A stretch of DNA of 64,000 nt from Chrysomallon squamiferum (Eukaryota; Animalia; Mollusca), in contig CM022677.1 of NCBI GenBank assembly GCA_012295275.1, forward strand, positions 2,170,001-2,234,000, read 5' to 3'. This document shows positions 26,979-40,892 of the stretch, in pieces. Position 1 is the first letter of the stretch, and each line of letters opens with the position of its first letter. The translations under genes and the position numbers were made by a program. A model generated the notes under the pieces. The model had not been told where the DNA came from. It saw nothing but the letters and a program-made list of their open reading frames with translations, and did not search any database.

Positions 26979-28807
26979 AACTGTAAACATGGAGAGTGCA
27001 GGGTTGTTACAAGAAACATTTCCTTCATGCAACTCGTTCAGTGTAAAACACACACTTAAATTATTCCCAGCTGATCTAAAGGAGAGGATTATATTTGCTG
27101 TTGTTTGTTTGTCTTTTTATTTATTTATTTATTTTCATTATTTGTTTTTTGTTGTTGTTGTTCTTATGTACTTATAACTACATATACCACATGTTTGTTG
27201 AATCAGCTAATCTAATATTTCTCCACCTGTATAATATCTAACATTGTTTTTTTTAGATAATTTACTTAATATTATTATCAATCTAAAATAATTCAAAATG
27301 ATATGTTTTAGATATTTCTATATGGTTTAGTTTCTAACTTGATTACTAAAATACTTTCAAAAATGAATTTGTTTTATATATACTCTGGACAGTTATGAAT
27401 ATTCATTATGCATCCATTATGGATGCAAATAATATGACAGTGAAACGAAACTTCAGTTTTATAGCAATACACTTTAGTTTTACACGTTTTACTTTGAAAT
27501 GTTCTTTTCCTTAGCACTACAGAACATAAATTCATCATGAAATACAACTGGAAAATTCCATAGTTATAAAACTAAATTCTTTTTTCAAAATAAATAAATA
27601 ATTTATAATTAAGAAGCTCTATACAGTAACCCATTTTATAGGATTAAATGAGTTTTGAATCCCAGAAAAAAAAGAAAAAAGAAAAAGACAATCTTTGATG
27701 CAGCCCAATTAACCATGATCTATATTTCTTTCTATGAGACCATCTGACAAAACCTGCAGCTGACACACAGTGACTTGAAACATCTTGTGTTCATCACTGA
27801 TTTTATTTCACATCCTGTGACTAAAACATGAAAATGATTATTTTAGCTCATCATTTCTACATTAAAGATATATAAAAATTTATATCAATAAAAATATTTT
27901 AAATTAGCATATTTAAATAGCATGTTTTGAATAACATCTTTCAAGTAACATTTTCCCACAACCTTATTTATACTATAAAACTGAAACTGGCATATTTAAA
28001 ATATAACATCCCATTCAGAATGTATAAATTAGCAAGTTTCAGTTAGCACATTTAAAATCTGCATATTTCACAAAAGCAGATTAAACCTGAACTACAGCAA
28101 AATTTAATAGTTTTTTGACAGTGAAAAATACTTGAATAATGTATGAGAAATGACAAAAAAAGTAACATGACATGAATTTCTTCATGTACAACATAAAAGC
28201 CAAATTTTCAGATATTCAGGAAATGTAACCCAGAAGCAATATGATCCACAAAGAAAAAATGATGATCAAAAATAACTTAATATTTCAAATAATTTTGAGA
28301 TTTTTCAGTGTTCATATTTTTATAGTTCAGCTTAAGAACTCAACATTAATATTTAGTCTAGCTATTCTTTGTTACCCACAACATAATAATAATAATAATA
28401 TTTGGTGTGTGTGTGTGTGTGTGTGTGTGTGTCTGTGTGTGTCAGTGTGTGTTTTCTCACAACTAAAAATGTAGAAACAAATAAAATTAAGTAAAATAAG
28501 ACAGACAAATTATTCCAGTATAATGTGATAAAATGTATAATGACAAAAACAGTATCAGTATAAATATGTATTTTAGAAGTCTGTGAATTGTAATAAATAA
28601 TATACAAATACATAAGAACAAAGAAACCCAGATATCAATCTACTAGCTTTTATAAGATCCACAGTAAAATTATGTGACAACAATTTACATTTTAAGTGAA
28701 ACAAACATTTACAAAATAATAAAAACAACACATTTACTTGAACAGCAAAGCACAAAACTACCAGGTGAGATAAGAAAAGAAACAGCCTAGTTTAATCTGT
28801 ACAGCCT

Positions 28808-29490
28808 AACATCAACAAGTGTAATATTAGATTTAACTATTACATTCTTTTACAAATTAAACATCAACAAGTGTAATATTAGATTTAACTATTACATTCT
28901 TTTACTAATTAAACATCAACAAGTGTAATATTAGATTTAACTATTACATTCTTTTACTAATTAAACATCAACAAGTGTAATATTAGATTTAACTATTACA
29001 TTCTTTTACTAATTAAACATCAACAAGTGTAATATTAGATTTAACTATTACATTCTTTTACTAATTAAACATCAACAAGTGTAATATTAGATTTAACTAT
29101 TACATTCTTTTACAAATTAAACATCAACAAGTGTAATATTAGATTTAACTATTACATTCTTTTACTTTTACATTAAACATCAACAAGTGTAATATTAGAT
29201 TTAACTATTACATTCTTTTACAAATTAAACATCAACAAGTGTAATATTAGATTTAACTATTACATTCTTTTACTAATTAAACATCAGCAAGTGTAATATT
29301 AGATTTAACTATTACATTCTTTTACTAATTAAACATCAACAAGTGTAATATTAGATTTAACCATTACATTCTTTTACTAATTAAACATCAACAAGTGTAA
29401 TATTAGATTTAACTATTACATTCTTTTACAAATTAAACATCAACAAGTGTAATATTAGATTTAACTATTACATATTATTTTACTAATTAC
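28808..29490. repeat. 52-bp minisatellite, about 13 copies
   Basis: acatcaacaagtgtaatattagatttaactattacattcttttactaattaa at 28809, 28861, 28913 and onward. Confidence 0.95.
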
Positions 29491-29914
29491 TCAGTTATTT
29501 ATTTTATATATCTTACATGACTTTTCTCATTTCATTGAACATGTTATTAAATACTGTTAATTAACAATTTTATTAAAACAAGACATTCAAAAATTAATAT
29601 TACTGATTTGTTTCTTTTAGAAAAAAAGTCTGTGACTTGTAATAAATAATCTACAAATACACAAGAACAAAGAAACCCAGTTAAAAATCTACAAGCTTTT
29701 ATGAGATCCACAGTAAAATTGTTACCAAAGTTTACATCGTTGTTGAGACATGCAGTTGTTCACTATATACTTATCTTGACTAGCAGAAAAACATTTAGTA
29801 TAACTGTTTATTAAATGTAGACTAATACACATTTCACCTTGTGTAAATAAAACGATTGTCTGTATGTAGTAGATCAAAAACATTATCAGCTTATTCTTAT
29901 TAAAATTATTCATG

Positions 29915-29949
<35 letters not shown>

Positions 29950-30344
29950 AATAATAATAATTATTTTTTTGAAAGATGGAGATTATTTTATTCATATATT
30001 TATATTTATATTACATTTAGCTAACTGAAATTGTGTTAATTTAGATGAAAACTGCAATTAGTAATTTTTTCTAGTTATTATTTTTATTTATAATTTTGAT
30101 AGACTCTTCTATTTCTCCAAGGATATAATATATAATATTGTTTTCTGATTTGGTGTACTTCATATTATTACCAGTCTAAAATTATTCAAAATGATATGTT
30201 TTAGATATTTGTACATGGTTTAGTTTTAAAAATTAGTTATATATATATATATTTATAATCCACAGAAATATTAACAACATGGAAAGAAATGTGTCACACA
30301 ACAAATATTATAAGTATTATTTCTCATAAGGCATTGAAATTATT

Positions 30345-30386
<42 letters not shown>

Positions 30387-30798
30387 AAATATTTAAGCAA
30401 TATTTATTGTTTTATATTGTGTCTAAAATAAATATAATTTTTCTAATATATCTTTTTGTTTGCTTTATTCATGGCTAAAGAAAAAGATTATAAAAAAATT
30501 CACAAAACAAACTTTGTTTAACTGTAACTATTTCTTCAGATATTTAGACATTTTGAAAGACTACATAAACAATTATAATATCCCAATTTCTGTCACTGAC
30601 AAACTACTACAAAAAGTGAAAGAAAAACTCTCATGAAAAAGATATTAAAGTCAGAAAAGAAAATCGAATATTGTCCACTGCAGAAAATAAAATAAAAAAG
30701 GTAAGTAAAATAATAAACAAATATATATACATTTATAAAACATTTGTCACGAAGAACTGTAAACTTGACAACGATGTAAAGAGTCAACTGCTGCTGTA

Positions 30799-31098
30799 GC
30801 TGCTGATGATGTCAGGACAATGGTGATTTGTGCTGTGAGATCTACATCTTCCTAATACACTTTCTTTGACGTTGCTGCTGATGATGTCAGGACAATGGTA
30901 ATTTGTGTTGTGAGATCTATATCTTCCTAATACACTTTCTTTGACGTTGCTGCTGATGATGTCAGAACAATGGTGATTTGTGTTGTGAGATCTACATCTT
31001 CCTAATACACTTTCTTTGACGTTGCTGCTGATGATGTCAGGACAATGGTGATTTGTGTTGTGAGATCTACATCTTCTTAATACACTTTCTTTGATGTT
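30799..31098 (-). repeat. 75-bp x4 tandem repeat, open in one minus-strand frame (NVKESVLGRCRSHNTNHHCPDIISS)
   Basis: Units at 30799, 30874, 30949, 31024; lies in ORF 30784..31146(-). Confidence 0.9.
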
Positions 31099-33364
31099 GT
31101 TGTGGTTTCCCAGGCTTCCAGAGAGAATTATTAATAACAACAGCATTAATGGTCGCTTGATACCAGTGAAACTTTTAGCCCCAGATATATATCTGTAAGA
31201 AAAATAAAAAGTTTTTCGGTGAAATATTTTAATCTTAATTTCAGTGAGATAATTAATAAATTATCAAAAAAAAGAAGAAAAAAAGAAGAAAACATAAAAT
31301 AAAAGAAACTGAAACTAAAGTATAAGAAATTACATATTGACAAATTTGTTTATTGTCGCTGTTGAGTCACTCCACTAAAGTATGTTGATTAACGTCTTGT
31401 TATAGACTATACCCTATGTTTTATTGACATGCACAAAATATTTAAATCTTGTTAAAAAAACTCCTACATTTCAATTGGTCAGTATAGAAATTTACTAAAA
31501 TTATTTTCAATTTATATTAAAAAAAAGAAAAAAAAAAAAAAAAACATAATAAATAACTAGTAAAAACATCATTTGCAAAAATATTTATTTTACATTATAT
31601 TAATGAGCTGCATGTTGAGGAATGTACAAATTTATAAAGATGAAGACAGATTTAAAATAACATAAAAATACACTTTCTTATCAAGACTCTGTATTTGTGG
31701 TAATATGTAGTATGACAGATATAAAATATTTAATATGTATTTACTTACAAAACCTATGAATCATTTTATTGGGTATTTCTTTAGGTCCCACACCACAAAT
31801 TTAGATAATTCATCAGTTTCTGCTGTGAAAGAACACAAAGTCTTGTACTGACATCCTCCAGCACAGAACAGAATTACAAAGTGTTTAACATCAGACTCAG
31901 CCAGCTCCTAGATAAACAAACAAACAAGCAAATAAATAAATCAATAAATAAGTTGATCAATAAAAATATCTTTAAATACACCATAAATCAATAAACAGAT
32001 AAATAAATTGTATTAACATGGCAATAATGTATAAAAAGTCAAACAAATATAATTACATTACATATAAAATTCTGAAGTAACTAATACTGATTTTGTTTTT
32101 CAGTAATAACAACAACATAAAATTAATACAGTTATAGACACTCACACCTACTTGATAGATTTAACTCTGCAACTTCCCCGCTCAGATATTTCTACAACTT
32201 TCTAACAATAAATAACAATTATCTATCAGTTAGATCAGATCAGAAAGATAATTCTCTTACAAAAACTTAAAAATGTATTACAATTTGAATAAAATAAAAA
32301 TAAACAAAAAACAAATCACTTATAAAAACTATGTATGTCGTTTAAAAACAAACAGCAATAAGAAAATCAAATATAATGAAAGAATAATTCCTGCTAAAGC
32401 TTAAAGATCTAAGAAAAACAGATTTCAATATTTCTGCTACATTTAATTTAGCAATGGCTTCATTTGGTTTAGACAATAATAATTGGCAGAGATTTTAAAA
32501 CATGAAAATTAATAACCAGGTGAGCAAGCTAATTTAACCAAAACACAACCTACAAATAAAGATTAAAAATAAAATTTAACCAGAAAGATAATTTACGATA
32601 TTACAGTCCTGTAATAATGTGATAATAATAAGGATGATGATGAAGAGGATTAAAATGAAGACATTTTGTTTCATTTTTTTTTTTAATTTATCAATATGAT
32701 CAGAAAATATGAGAAATGTAAAAGTAAACGTCACAGACTGAGTAAATTAGTGTAAAATGCTGACATACTCAGTCTTATTAAAGCCTTTTGTGTGGATTAA
32801 TGATATTATGATAAAAAATAAGTGTAAACATTAATAATAATAATGATAATGATGATGATGATACTACTACTACTACTAATAAAAATAATAATAATAATAA
32901 AAAGATAAAATGCTGAAACAAAAGAAACAAAAAACAAGAATTTGTTTAAGTTAAAAAATAAAGTCTAATATAGATGATGAAAACAGATGTGGATGACTAA
33001 ATGAAGAAATGATAAACATGCTTTAAACTAATGGATGATAAAATTGTCTAATTTTACTTATAAAAGTTGAACTTAATGAATATATGTGATGCTATAATGG
33101 ACCTACTGTAAAAGTAAACCTAAAAGACTGAGTAAATTAGAGTTAAAAAAAAAAAAAAAAAAATCTCAGTGTGTTGTATGGATTAACAGCTTTTTGTATG
33201 GATTAATAATGTTATGATAGAAAACAAATGTAGAAGTAAAGGAATAACAAATAAATAAACAAATAATAATAAGAAGAAAAAATCATAAGATAAAGAAAAT
33301 TTACTGATTGTAGACACCAGATACAAGACTGAAACAATGCTAATGGAAGAATGGAAATAATGGC

Positions 33365-33570
33365 GTATTCTAAGTTATCAGTATATTTGTATTCTACAAT
33401 TACTTTACTTATTATTGTATTCTAAGTTATCAGTATATTTGTATACTACAATTACTTGACTTATTATTGTATTCTAAGTTATCAGTATATTTGTATACTA
33501 CAATTACTTTACTTATTATTGTATTCTAAGTTATCAGTATATTTGTATACTACAATTACTTTACTTATTA
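33365..33570. repeat. 52-bp x4 minisatellite (unrelated to the 28808 array)
   Basis: gtattctaagttatcagtatatttgtat.ctacaattact... at 33365, 33417, 33469, 33521. Confidence 0.92.
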
Positions 33571-34351
33571 CTGCAGACTTTCCTTGTACTAATCTGCTTT
33601 TCTTACTCTGTACTGAGAATACACGCAACACAAAAACTGAGAAGAATGTAAACTGATAGTTAAACAACTGAATTAATGTGTGTTTTTCATACCAGTTTTT
33701 TTTAGAAACTTCTCTGTCTGTTCTGCTGTCTGTGTGTGTCCCATTCTGAAGTTTGGATAACAACACTTGTCTGTTTTGTGCTATGTGTCTGAAAAAGTAA
33801 AAACAAACAATTTATTTGTTTATTGTTTTTATTTAAACATTATTTACTGTTATGTATGCATATCAATACCATTTACTGATACAAATGAATGTTTGTAGAC
33901 AAAAATATATTTCAGCTCTTAGATTTCAATTGTGCATACATGCATACACAGTCTGAGTTAATGAATAATTAAAAATAAATATTTTAAAAAATAGTCTAAA
34001 GTGGTTCACCAAAATATAAATGTAAATTCTGAATAAAAAAAACAAATCAGCATCTTTGAAAAATATAATATTATAACCTGATTATTGATAAATATAAATG
34101 TTCTAAAATATACCAAATATGAAATAAAGAAGAAATATTTTATTTAAGAAGATACACAGCTTGTTTTTACTAGTTCTTTGCATTTTAAAAGATAAACAAC
34201 AAAACATCTAATGAAAAAGAACTGATATCCATTTTAAACAAGAAACTAAAAATCTGTTTTTAATATACGTATTTCCACAGATAACAAAACACATACCTTG
34301 ATGTTAGCAATATCAGTCACAGATCAGTGGCTAGATTGGTAAATAACTTTA

Positions 34352-34422
34352 TTAGTCCTCCATGTAGGACTGACCCTAGAACCCAACAAACTCTAACCAC
34401 TGAGCCAGTCTATCCATCGCTA
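34352..34422 (-). mobile_element. Possible tRNA-derived SINE head fragment
   Basis: Minus strand tggctcagtggttagag (A box, 34407-34391) followed about 15 nt later by a degenerate B box gggtcagtcc; no full cloverleaf. Confidence 0.4.
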
Positions 34423-34988
34423 CAAACTTAAAGTGAATTAAGTGAATACTTACAGTGTAGAGTTTGGTTTGTTTAGTTCTGGAGTACTCATGAATCTTCA
34501 CTCAGTTTTGTGAAAGCTGTTTTGTTGTGTTGCTAATGGTTACTTGGTGTTTGACCTCCCATTACCACTGTGAGAAGCTGAAATTAGTAAAAAAAAAAAA
34601 TAAACTTTGCAATATAAACTGTCTGACGTAAGATTTGTAAAATTTAACTGAGATGCACTCACTTAAATATTCCTTTAATATTAACTTTCTTTGTTAGTAT
34701 CTGACTATTATACAAGGATCTTTTAAAACCTGAAATCATCCATTTAAAAAAAAAAAAAGTATTTACATAAGTATACACACTAAAACTGAGTTTTACAAAT
34801 CCTAATTTTCCAGTACAATAAACTATTTCATAAACTGAAATAATAAAAGATATAATACAATTACTTGGAAAGTCAATTTTGTTTAACAAAAATTCTGAAT
34901 CATAATTAAAAACTCTCACAAAACTTACTTTCTGCTTCCTGCCCATTCAGAAGCTGTCCTGTCTCTGTCAGTTTTATCATTTGAATCG

Positions 34989-35580
34989 AGAAGATCAGCT
35001 CTGTGAGAAAGGCTGACAGGTTTTCTTGTATGCTATCTCATGTTTACAGAAGATCAGCTCTGTGAGAAAGGCTGACAGGTTTTCTTGTATGCTATCTCGT
35101 GTGTACAGATCAGCTCTGTGAGAAAGGCTGACAGGTTTTCTTGTACGCTATCTCGTGTTTACAGAAGATCAGCTCTGTGAGAAAGGCTGACAGGTTTTCT
35201 TGTATGCTATCTCGTGTGTACAGATCAGCTCTGTGAGAAAGGCTGACAGGTTTTCTTGTATGCTATCTCATGTTTACAGAAGATCAGCTCTGTGAGAAAG
35301 GCTGACAGGTTTTCTTGTAAGCTATCTCGTGTTTACAGAAGATCAGCTCTGTGAGAAAGTCTGACAGGTTTTCTTGTACGCTATCTCGTGTTTACAGAAG
35401 ATCAGCTCTGTGAGAAAGGCTGACAGGTTTTCTTGTAAGCTATCTCGTGTTTACAGAAGATCAGCTCTGTGAGAAAGTCTGACAGGTTTTCTTGTACGCT
35501 ATCTCGTGTTTACATGAGATCAGCTCTGTGTGAAAGGCTGACAGGTTTTCTTGTACGCTATCTCATGTTTACAGAAGATC
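34989..35580. repeat. 56/59-bp minisatellite, 10 copies
   Basis: gatcagctctgtg.gaaag.ctgacaggttttcttgta at 34993, 35052, 35108, 35167, 35223, 35282, 35341, 35400, 35459, 35518. Confidence 0.95.
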
Positions 35581-35736
35581 CTTGTAGGTGAAGTACACAA
35601 AATTGATGGTAAGATGCTGAGCACAGAATGTTTTGATGAGGCATAGATTACATAAAGAATGAACTAATCCTAACCCATCTTCCTAACATGTATCTGAAAA
35701 ATAAATAAACAATAAATAAACCAATTAGTATTTAAT

Positions 35737-35811
<75 letters not shown>

Positions 35812-36168
35812 CAATTCAGATCTTATTCAAAAGCAAAAACAGATCTAATACTAAAATACAAATTTGTTGATTATGAAATTTAAAAAAGTCCCCAAGACAA
35901 TGCCTCTCTTAATCAGATATTAACTTTCAGCAATTTAATAAATGCTAAATTTTAAAATTACCATCTCATTTGCAAAAACTGTTCTAAAACAAATCATGAA
36001 AACAGAGACTGCAGATAACAGAAACTTCAGACAACAGGAACTGTACATCCGTCTCTACATCTTTTAGTATGTCTGTCATCACAGGAACAGTGATACTGTG
36101 TGAAGGGCTGGCAGTTCCAGTCTGGTAACAGGAAAGTTAAACATTTTAAAATACTGATGAAATATGTG

Positions 36169-36206
<38 letters not shown>

Positions 36207-36548
36207 ACAAACGCACAAGTCAAATGTACACAGTATGAAGTGTAGGGTGTGGTACAGGATACTAATGTAATTTGTGTACATGTATACATGTACTTACTGA
36301 TAAATTATCTACAAACTGCATCTTCATATATTAAATTAAACTTCATTAGCTGATTAGGTTTAGAAAAATGAGAAATATATAAGAAAACAAACAAAAATTC
36401 ACCTGCTCAGATTTGTTCTCTTTTGCAACGGCAGCAGTACAAACTTTATTTAAACAGAAAACAACTGTGTCCTCAGTGTCTGATGGAAGTTCACTGGTTG
36501 TGTTAAAAGTTGTAATTCAACTGAAAGTTTTAAAATTACATGTTCAAT

Positions 36549-36792
36549 AGAGAGGTTTAGCACAGACGTAACTTTCACGTACTGATTTTCTTGATATGGG
36601 ACAAGCCTATATGTATGTGTTTACATATAGCAATGTTTTGAAACATTATAAAGGGTGAGTCTTGTTTTTATGATTTTCTTTAATGTTTGTTAACTAGGCA
36701 ACATAAATACTGAACATGTTTTAACCAAATGTGCATATATTATATATCCAAATAAAGTGTTTATAAGTTCTAGAGCTGCAGTTACTTCCCCT
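36549..36792 (+). mobile_element. Deleted second copy of the Harbinger-like MITE at 648-1496
   Basis: aat|agagaggtttagcacagacgtaactttca matches the left end; catgttttaaccaaa and agttctagagctgcagttacttccc match 1291-1360; right TIR absent. Confidence 0.75.
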
Positions 36793-37221
36793 GAACAACG
36801 TGAAAAATAAATAAACATGAGTAATGATTTGAAGAAAAAATGTAAATAAATAAATGAAATATGACAATTAGTAAATGAAAAAAGGAAGGGAAACTGAGAA
36901 GAAATTTCCATCACTATCTAAGTATCTTATAATATATTACTTGATTTAAACAATTAAATATTTACAAGTAAACCATTTCTACCTTGCTAGCCTTTTTTTT
37001 TTTTTTTTTTTAATTATTCCAGACGTAATCAATGAATAATTCAGACTTGAAGTTTTATAATCCTTTATCAAGTTTATGGAATAGTTGACTAACAGTCCGT
37101 AAATCATCAAACGTAAACATTCTGGTTGTAAAGGCTTGCCAGCTACTTACTTTGAAATGGCTTCATCCACTTTTGAAAACTACCAAATGTAAATAAAATC
37201 ATTAATTATGTTCTTACTTAC

Positions 37222-37488
37222 CCTGCCAGACAAAAACAATCAACACAAGATATCACCGTCGGGCTCATATCCACGTGGATCTCATGAGGTTTTTCGCTTT
37301 TCTTCAACGACCGGTCCGATTTAACTGACGTAAAAATGGTGCCGTCATCATTCCAAAGCATGTTAACAATGTAATCTTCACTAAACTATCTGAATCCTTA
37401 CTGACAGCTTTTCAAAGATATAGTGGTATCTCTTAAATAATCCAGAGAGAAATTCACCGGCAGATTGTGTAAGCGATTCATCCGCCAT
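37222..37488 (-). pseudogene. First exon of a SWIM zinc finger (probably SWIM-YqaJ, ISL2EU/Kolobok accessory-type) protein, disrupted
   Basis: Minus frame from 37481: MNRLHNLPVNFS...SCQ*GFR*FSEDYIV...KSDRSLKKSEKPHEIHV...VDCFCLAG, then donor gtaagt; matches the recalled KGxxYFxExYI...RSxxKxExPH...CxCxAG pattern, with stops where K and Y are expected. Confidence 0.6.
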
Positions 37489-37494
37489 TGTTTT

Positions 37495-37565
37495 AAGCTT
37501 GTGTAACCGAGCTGTGATAGAGTTACATCCCTTTTGGGGGCGGAGTTATAATGTCAGCTGAGGTC
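37495..37565. promoter_or_regulatory. Promoter-like patch (GC box, AGAGTTACATCCCTT motif, adjacent YY1-like CCGCCATT)
   Basis: gggggcggagtt at 37536-37547; agagttacatccctt at 37519; ccgccatt at 37482. Confidence 0.45.
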
Positions 37566-38169
37566 ATTACAACCGTATACAGCCTGCTTCATACTACTGT
37601 GACAAATACAGCAGACTTCAGTGATAATGTATGTCAGTATACGCAGCCATTACTTGTGTGTATAAACACATGTATTTAAAAATGTCTCTGTTTATTTAAG
37701 TGTTTATTTAATCTGATTTATATTTATTTCGGCATTACAGTGATCATCACTTTAAACCTCCAGGGTTAGTTAACTCACATACACAGAATTATGTAAATAT
37801 AACTATATATCATATGCATAAAATACACACTAATATATGTACCTGCATGTATATTATTGAATGTTATTTTTAAAAAACAATCCTATTTGTGGTATTATTA
37901 TAGGTTTTGAGATAACATGCAAAGATAATGATGTTTTATATTACTGTCTGAACTGAAATCTTCCACATTTGAAATAACACACACACACATACACACAGAG
38001 ACACACACACACATACACAGAAAATGAAAATAATTAATTGAATGTTAATTAACAGACTGATACCATGTTAATGGATCTGCTTTAATCTTATGTATTTATT
38101 TATAAATTTATTTATTTATCTTTTTATTTTTTTCTTACCATTAACATTTGTAGTTTTACTCTTATTCAG

Positions 38170-38335
38170 TTACAGTTCTTTTGTTTTTATTTTTTTATTA
38201 TTCTTTTTAAGTATATATTAATATTTTCTCTTATTATGTTACAGATATCATCTACAGTTCTTTTGTTTTTATTTTTTTTATTATTCTTTTTAAGTATATA
38301 TTAATATTTTCTCTTATTATGTTACAGATATCATC
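38170..38335. repeat. About 82-bp tandem duplication
   Basis: tacagttcttttgtttttattttttt...tatgttacagatatcatct twice. Confidence 0.85.
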
Positions 38336-38798
38336 TGAATTGTTTTATTTTGATTTGTTTGTCCCATTATGTTTGTATAATGATTAAAATATGTTATGAC
38401 ACACTATGTATTTAAATATTTAATTAATTTTAAATTTATTTTCCTCTCCAGAGGATATGAAACTGTTTCCTGCAGTGATGACTTGGGGATGTTCTGTTCT
38501 TACACAAACACCTGTAGCCAAAGCAGTTAAATTTGTCACTGTTAATCAAGAACGTAACTTGTTAAAGGTAAGTGTTTAAAAATTTGTGAAGAACCAATAA
38601 TATTCTTGTATGAGTGTTAAAGTCAAAGAATGAGGAATTTTCATTCAGTTTACTGTTGTTGTTATTTTCACAGTATTTATTATTATAGACTAAATTGTTG
38701 TAGGATTCAGGTCAGTGTTATGAACTTAACGGAGAAAAAAGACAAAACATTTTTTATTCAGCTTATTATTAATGTTGTTTTCTTTCATCTTCTTGTTC

Positions 38799-38841
<43 letters not shown>

Positions 38842-39374
38842 TTTATTTTTATTATTATCATCATCATCATCATCATCAGTATATATATATATATATATAT
38901 ATTTGAATAATTATTATTATATGCTATGTTCATTCATGATTTCTCATGTTGCATATAAAACATCCTTTAATTGCCAGTGAAGAACTTTCATAGAGGAATT
39001 TCTCTTTGTACAATTTATATTCATAAATTTAGTTTTATACTTAAGAAATATTAATATTTAAAAACTTTTAACATGACATTAATGATTCACTGTAAATGTA
39101 ATCATTCTACATATATGAATCATGATAACCAGTAATATTAAAAAAGTACAGAGATATTATTAAATATTCATTTTTATTCTTATTTATATACAGCCTCTAT
39201 ATCAGAACTCTGTTATTTCATCCTGGTTTAACATCTGTAAGTTCTGAAATCAGGAAACTGAAATGAACTCAGACTGGACAAAGTTCTGTACCAAAACATC
39301 ATGGAAAGTAAAACCTGCACAAACTATTGTAAGTTTGTCTTTATTATTATGTTTATTAGATTAATATAATTCTT

Positions 39375-39422
<48 letters not shown>

Positions 39423-39694
39423 TTGGGAGGATTGTTTAAGAATAAAAGATAAAAGACATGGAAAATGTTGGATCAACTCAGGTAAAATTATAATTATAAT
39501 TAACCTTTATGATTTCAGAACATTATTACCCTGTACAAGTGACAGAATTAAATCTTTTAAAATGTAAGCAGTTGTCACATAATGTTACTAAACAAATTCT
39601 ATCACCTTACTATAATAATACTGATAAATAAATAATAAATTAACTTTACAAAATCAAATTCAATATTTATTAAATATGTTGCAGTAGCTTTAGT

Positions 39695-39768
<74 letters not shown>

Positions 39769-39872
39769 TGTGTGTGTGTGTATATATATCGAGCCATACA
39801 TTTCAATATGTATATGTACCTGCACTATCTTTTATTTATTTATTTATTTTCTGTAGTTACTTACCTGTTTCC

Positions 39873-39919
<47 letters not shown>

Positions 39920-39927
39920 TTTTTTAG

Positions 39928-40045
39928 TTTATCCAGAACATGGCAAAAGGAATATACTGGTCACCAGTGCTTCACCATATATCAGCAGTGTTCCTCACCA
40001 TGGCAACATCACTGGTTGTGTAGTCAGTTCTTATGTTTTCTCCAG
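39928..40045 (+). pseudogene. MARS1: Cytoplasmic methionyl-tRNA synthetase pseudo-exon (HIGH-motif exon)
   Basis: ag|...[39 protein letters not shown]|gt versus MetRS [33 protein letters not shown]; invariant residues eroded. Confidence 0.9.
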
Positions 40046-40096
40046 GTAACACATTTTATTTTATGTGTTAGAGTTATCTGCCTTTGCAAATTTCTG

Positions 40097-40892
40097 TTTT
40101 ATTATTTTAGCTTTTTAAACTATTCTATTTGTATTGTTATTTTTGTTTGTTTTATTTTAAATAACATATTATGATTTCATTACTTGATTAGTAGTATTAA
40201 GGTCTTTACAAAAATTAGTTATATATGTTATTGTTATTTCAGTTAATTTTATTATTATTTAATATGTATGTTATTCTTATTACAATTAATTTTATTATTA
40301 CTTATTATATATGTTATTATTATTACAGTTAATTTTATTTACTTGATTTAGTGTGATTATTTCAGAATGTTCAAAGTGTGGCTGTACAATATGAGAGGTC
40401 ACCAGTGTGATGTATGTGACTCATCAATGCTGTAGAAATGAAAAACACAAAATATAAATCTTGTAAGTCATTACCAGTCATTAAAACATCACATCAACTA
40501 TTTTTAGATCTACCAAAGGTAAACCTGATTTGTTTTTTCTTGATTCATTTGCTGGTAAAGTTTGAATTCCTTCTAAACTTTTTTTTTCAGTTAAGTATGT
40601 CAATTCTAAAGATTTCAACATTTGTTTGATATGGTATGAATGTAATATCAACATTTATTTATGGTGTCATTATATAAGAAAATGCTAAATTATTATAATA
40701 TTTTAATAAGTAAATAATTTTAGTGGTTTTACCAAATAGTAGTATTCAGCTTAATGATAACTGTTCTTATCCATTTGTATGAGACCAGTATATTCACACA
40801 CGGACACACACACACACACACACTCACACACTGACTCATCCTATATATATTTATTTGTATTTCATCGCTGACTTAGAAAACAACTATCTTGA
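40097..40892 (+). repeat. 0.8-kb direct repeat, copy A (partner 50024-50797)
   Basis: Colinear from ttttattattttagcttttt to caact.tcttga, with scattered substitutions and indels. Confidence 0.92.
40366..40518 (+). pseudogene. MARS1: MetRS zinc-knuckle pseudo-exon, copy A
   Basis: CSKCG..MRGHQCDVC /fs/ LINAVEMKNTKYKSCKSLPVIKTSHQLFLDLPK|gt versus [34 protein letters not shown]...HLFLDLPK. Confidence 0.88.

Noticed and set aside
28808-29490. CRISPR-like appearance of the regular arrays (also 15203, 34989, 43891)
   Set aside because: Units are head-to-tail with no unique spacers; no cas genes; eukaryotic context.
34352-34422. tRNA gene
   Set aside because: Only an A box and a degenerate B box; no acceptor stem or cloverleaf. 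Kept only as a possible SINE relic.
37214-37230. U1 snRNA-like start tacttacc
   Set aside because: It is the reverse complement of a splice donor; the rest of U1 is absent.
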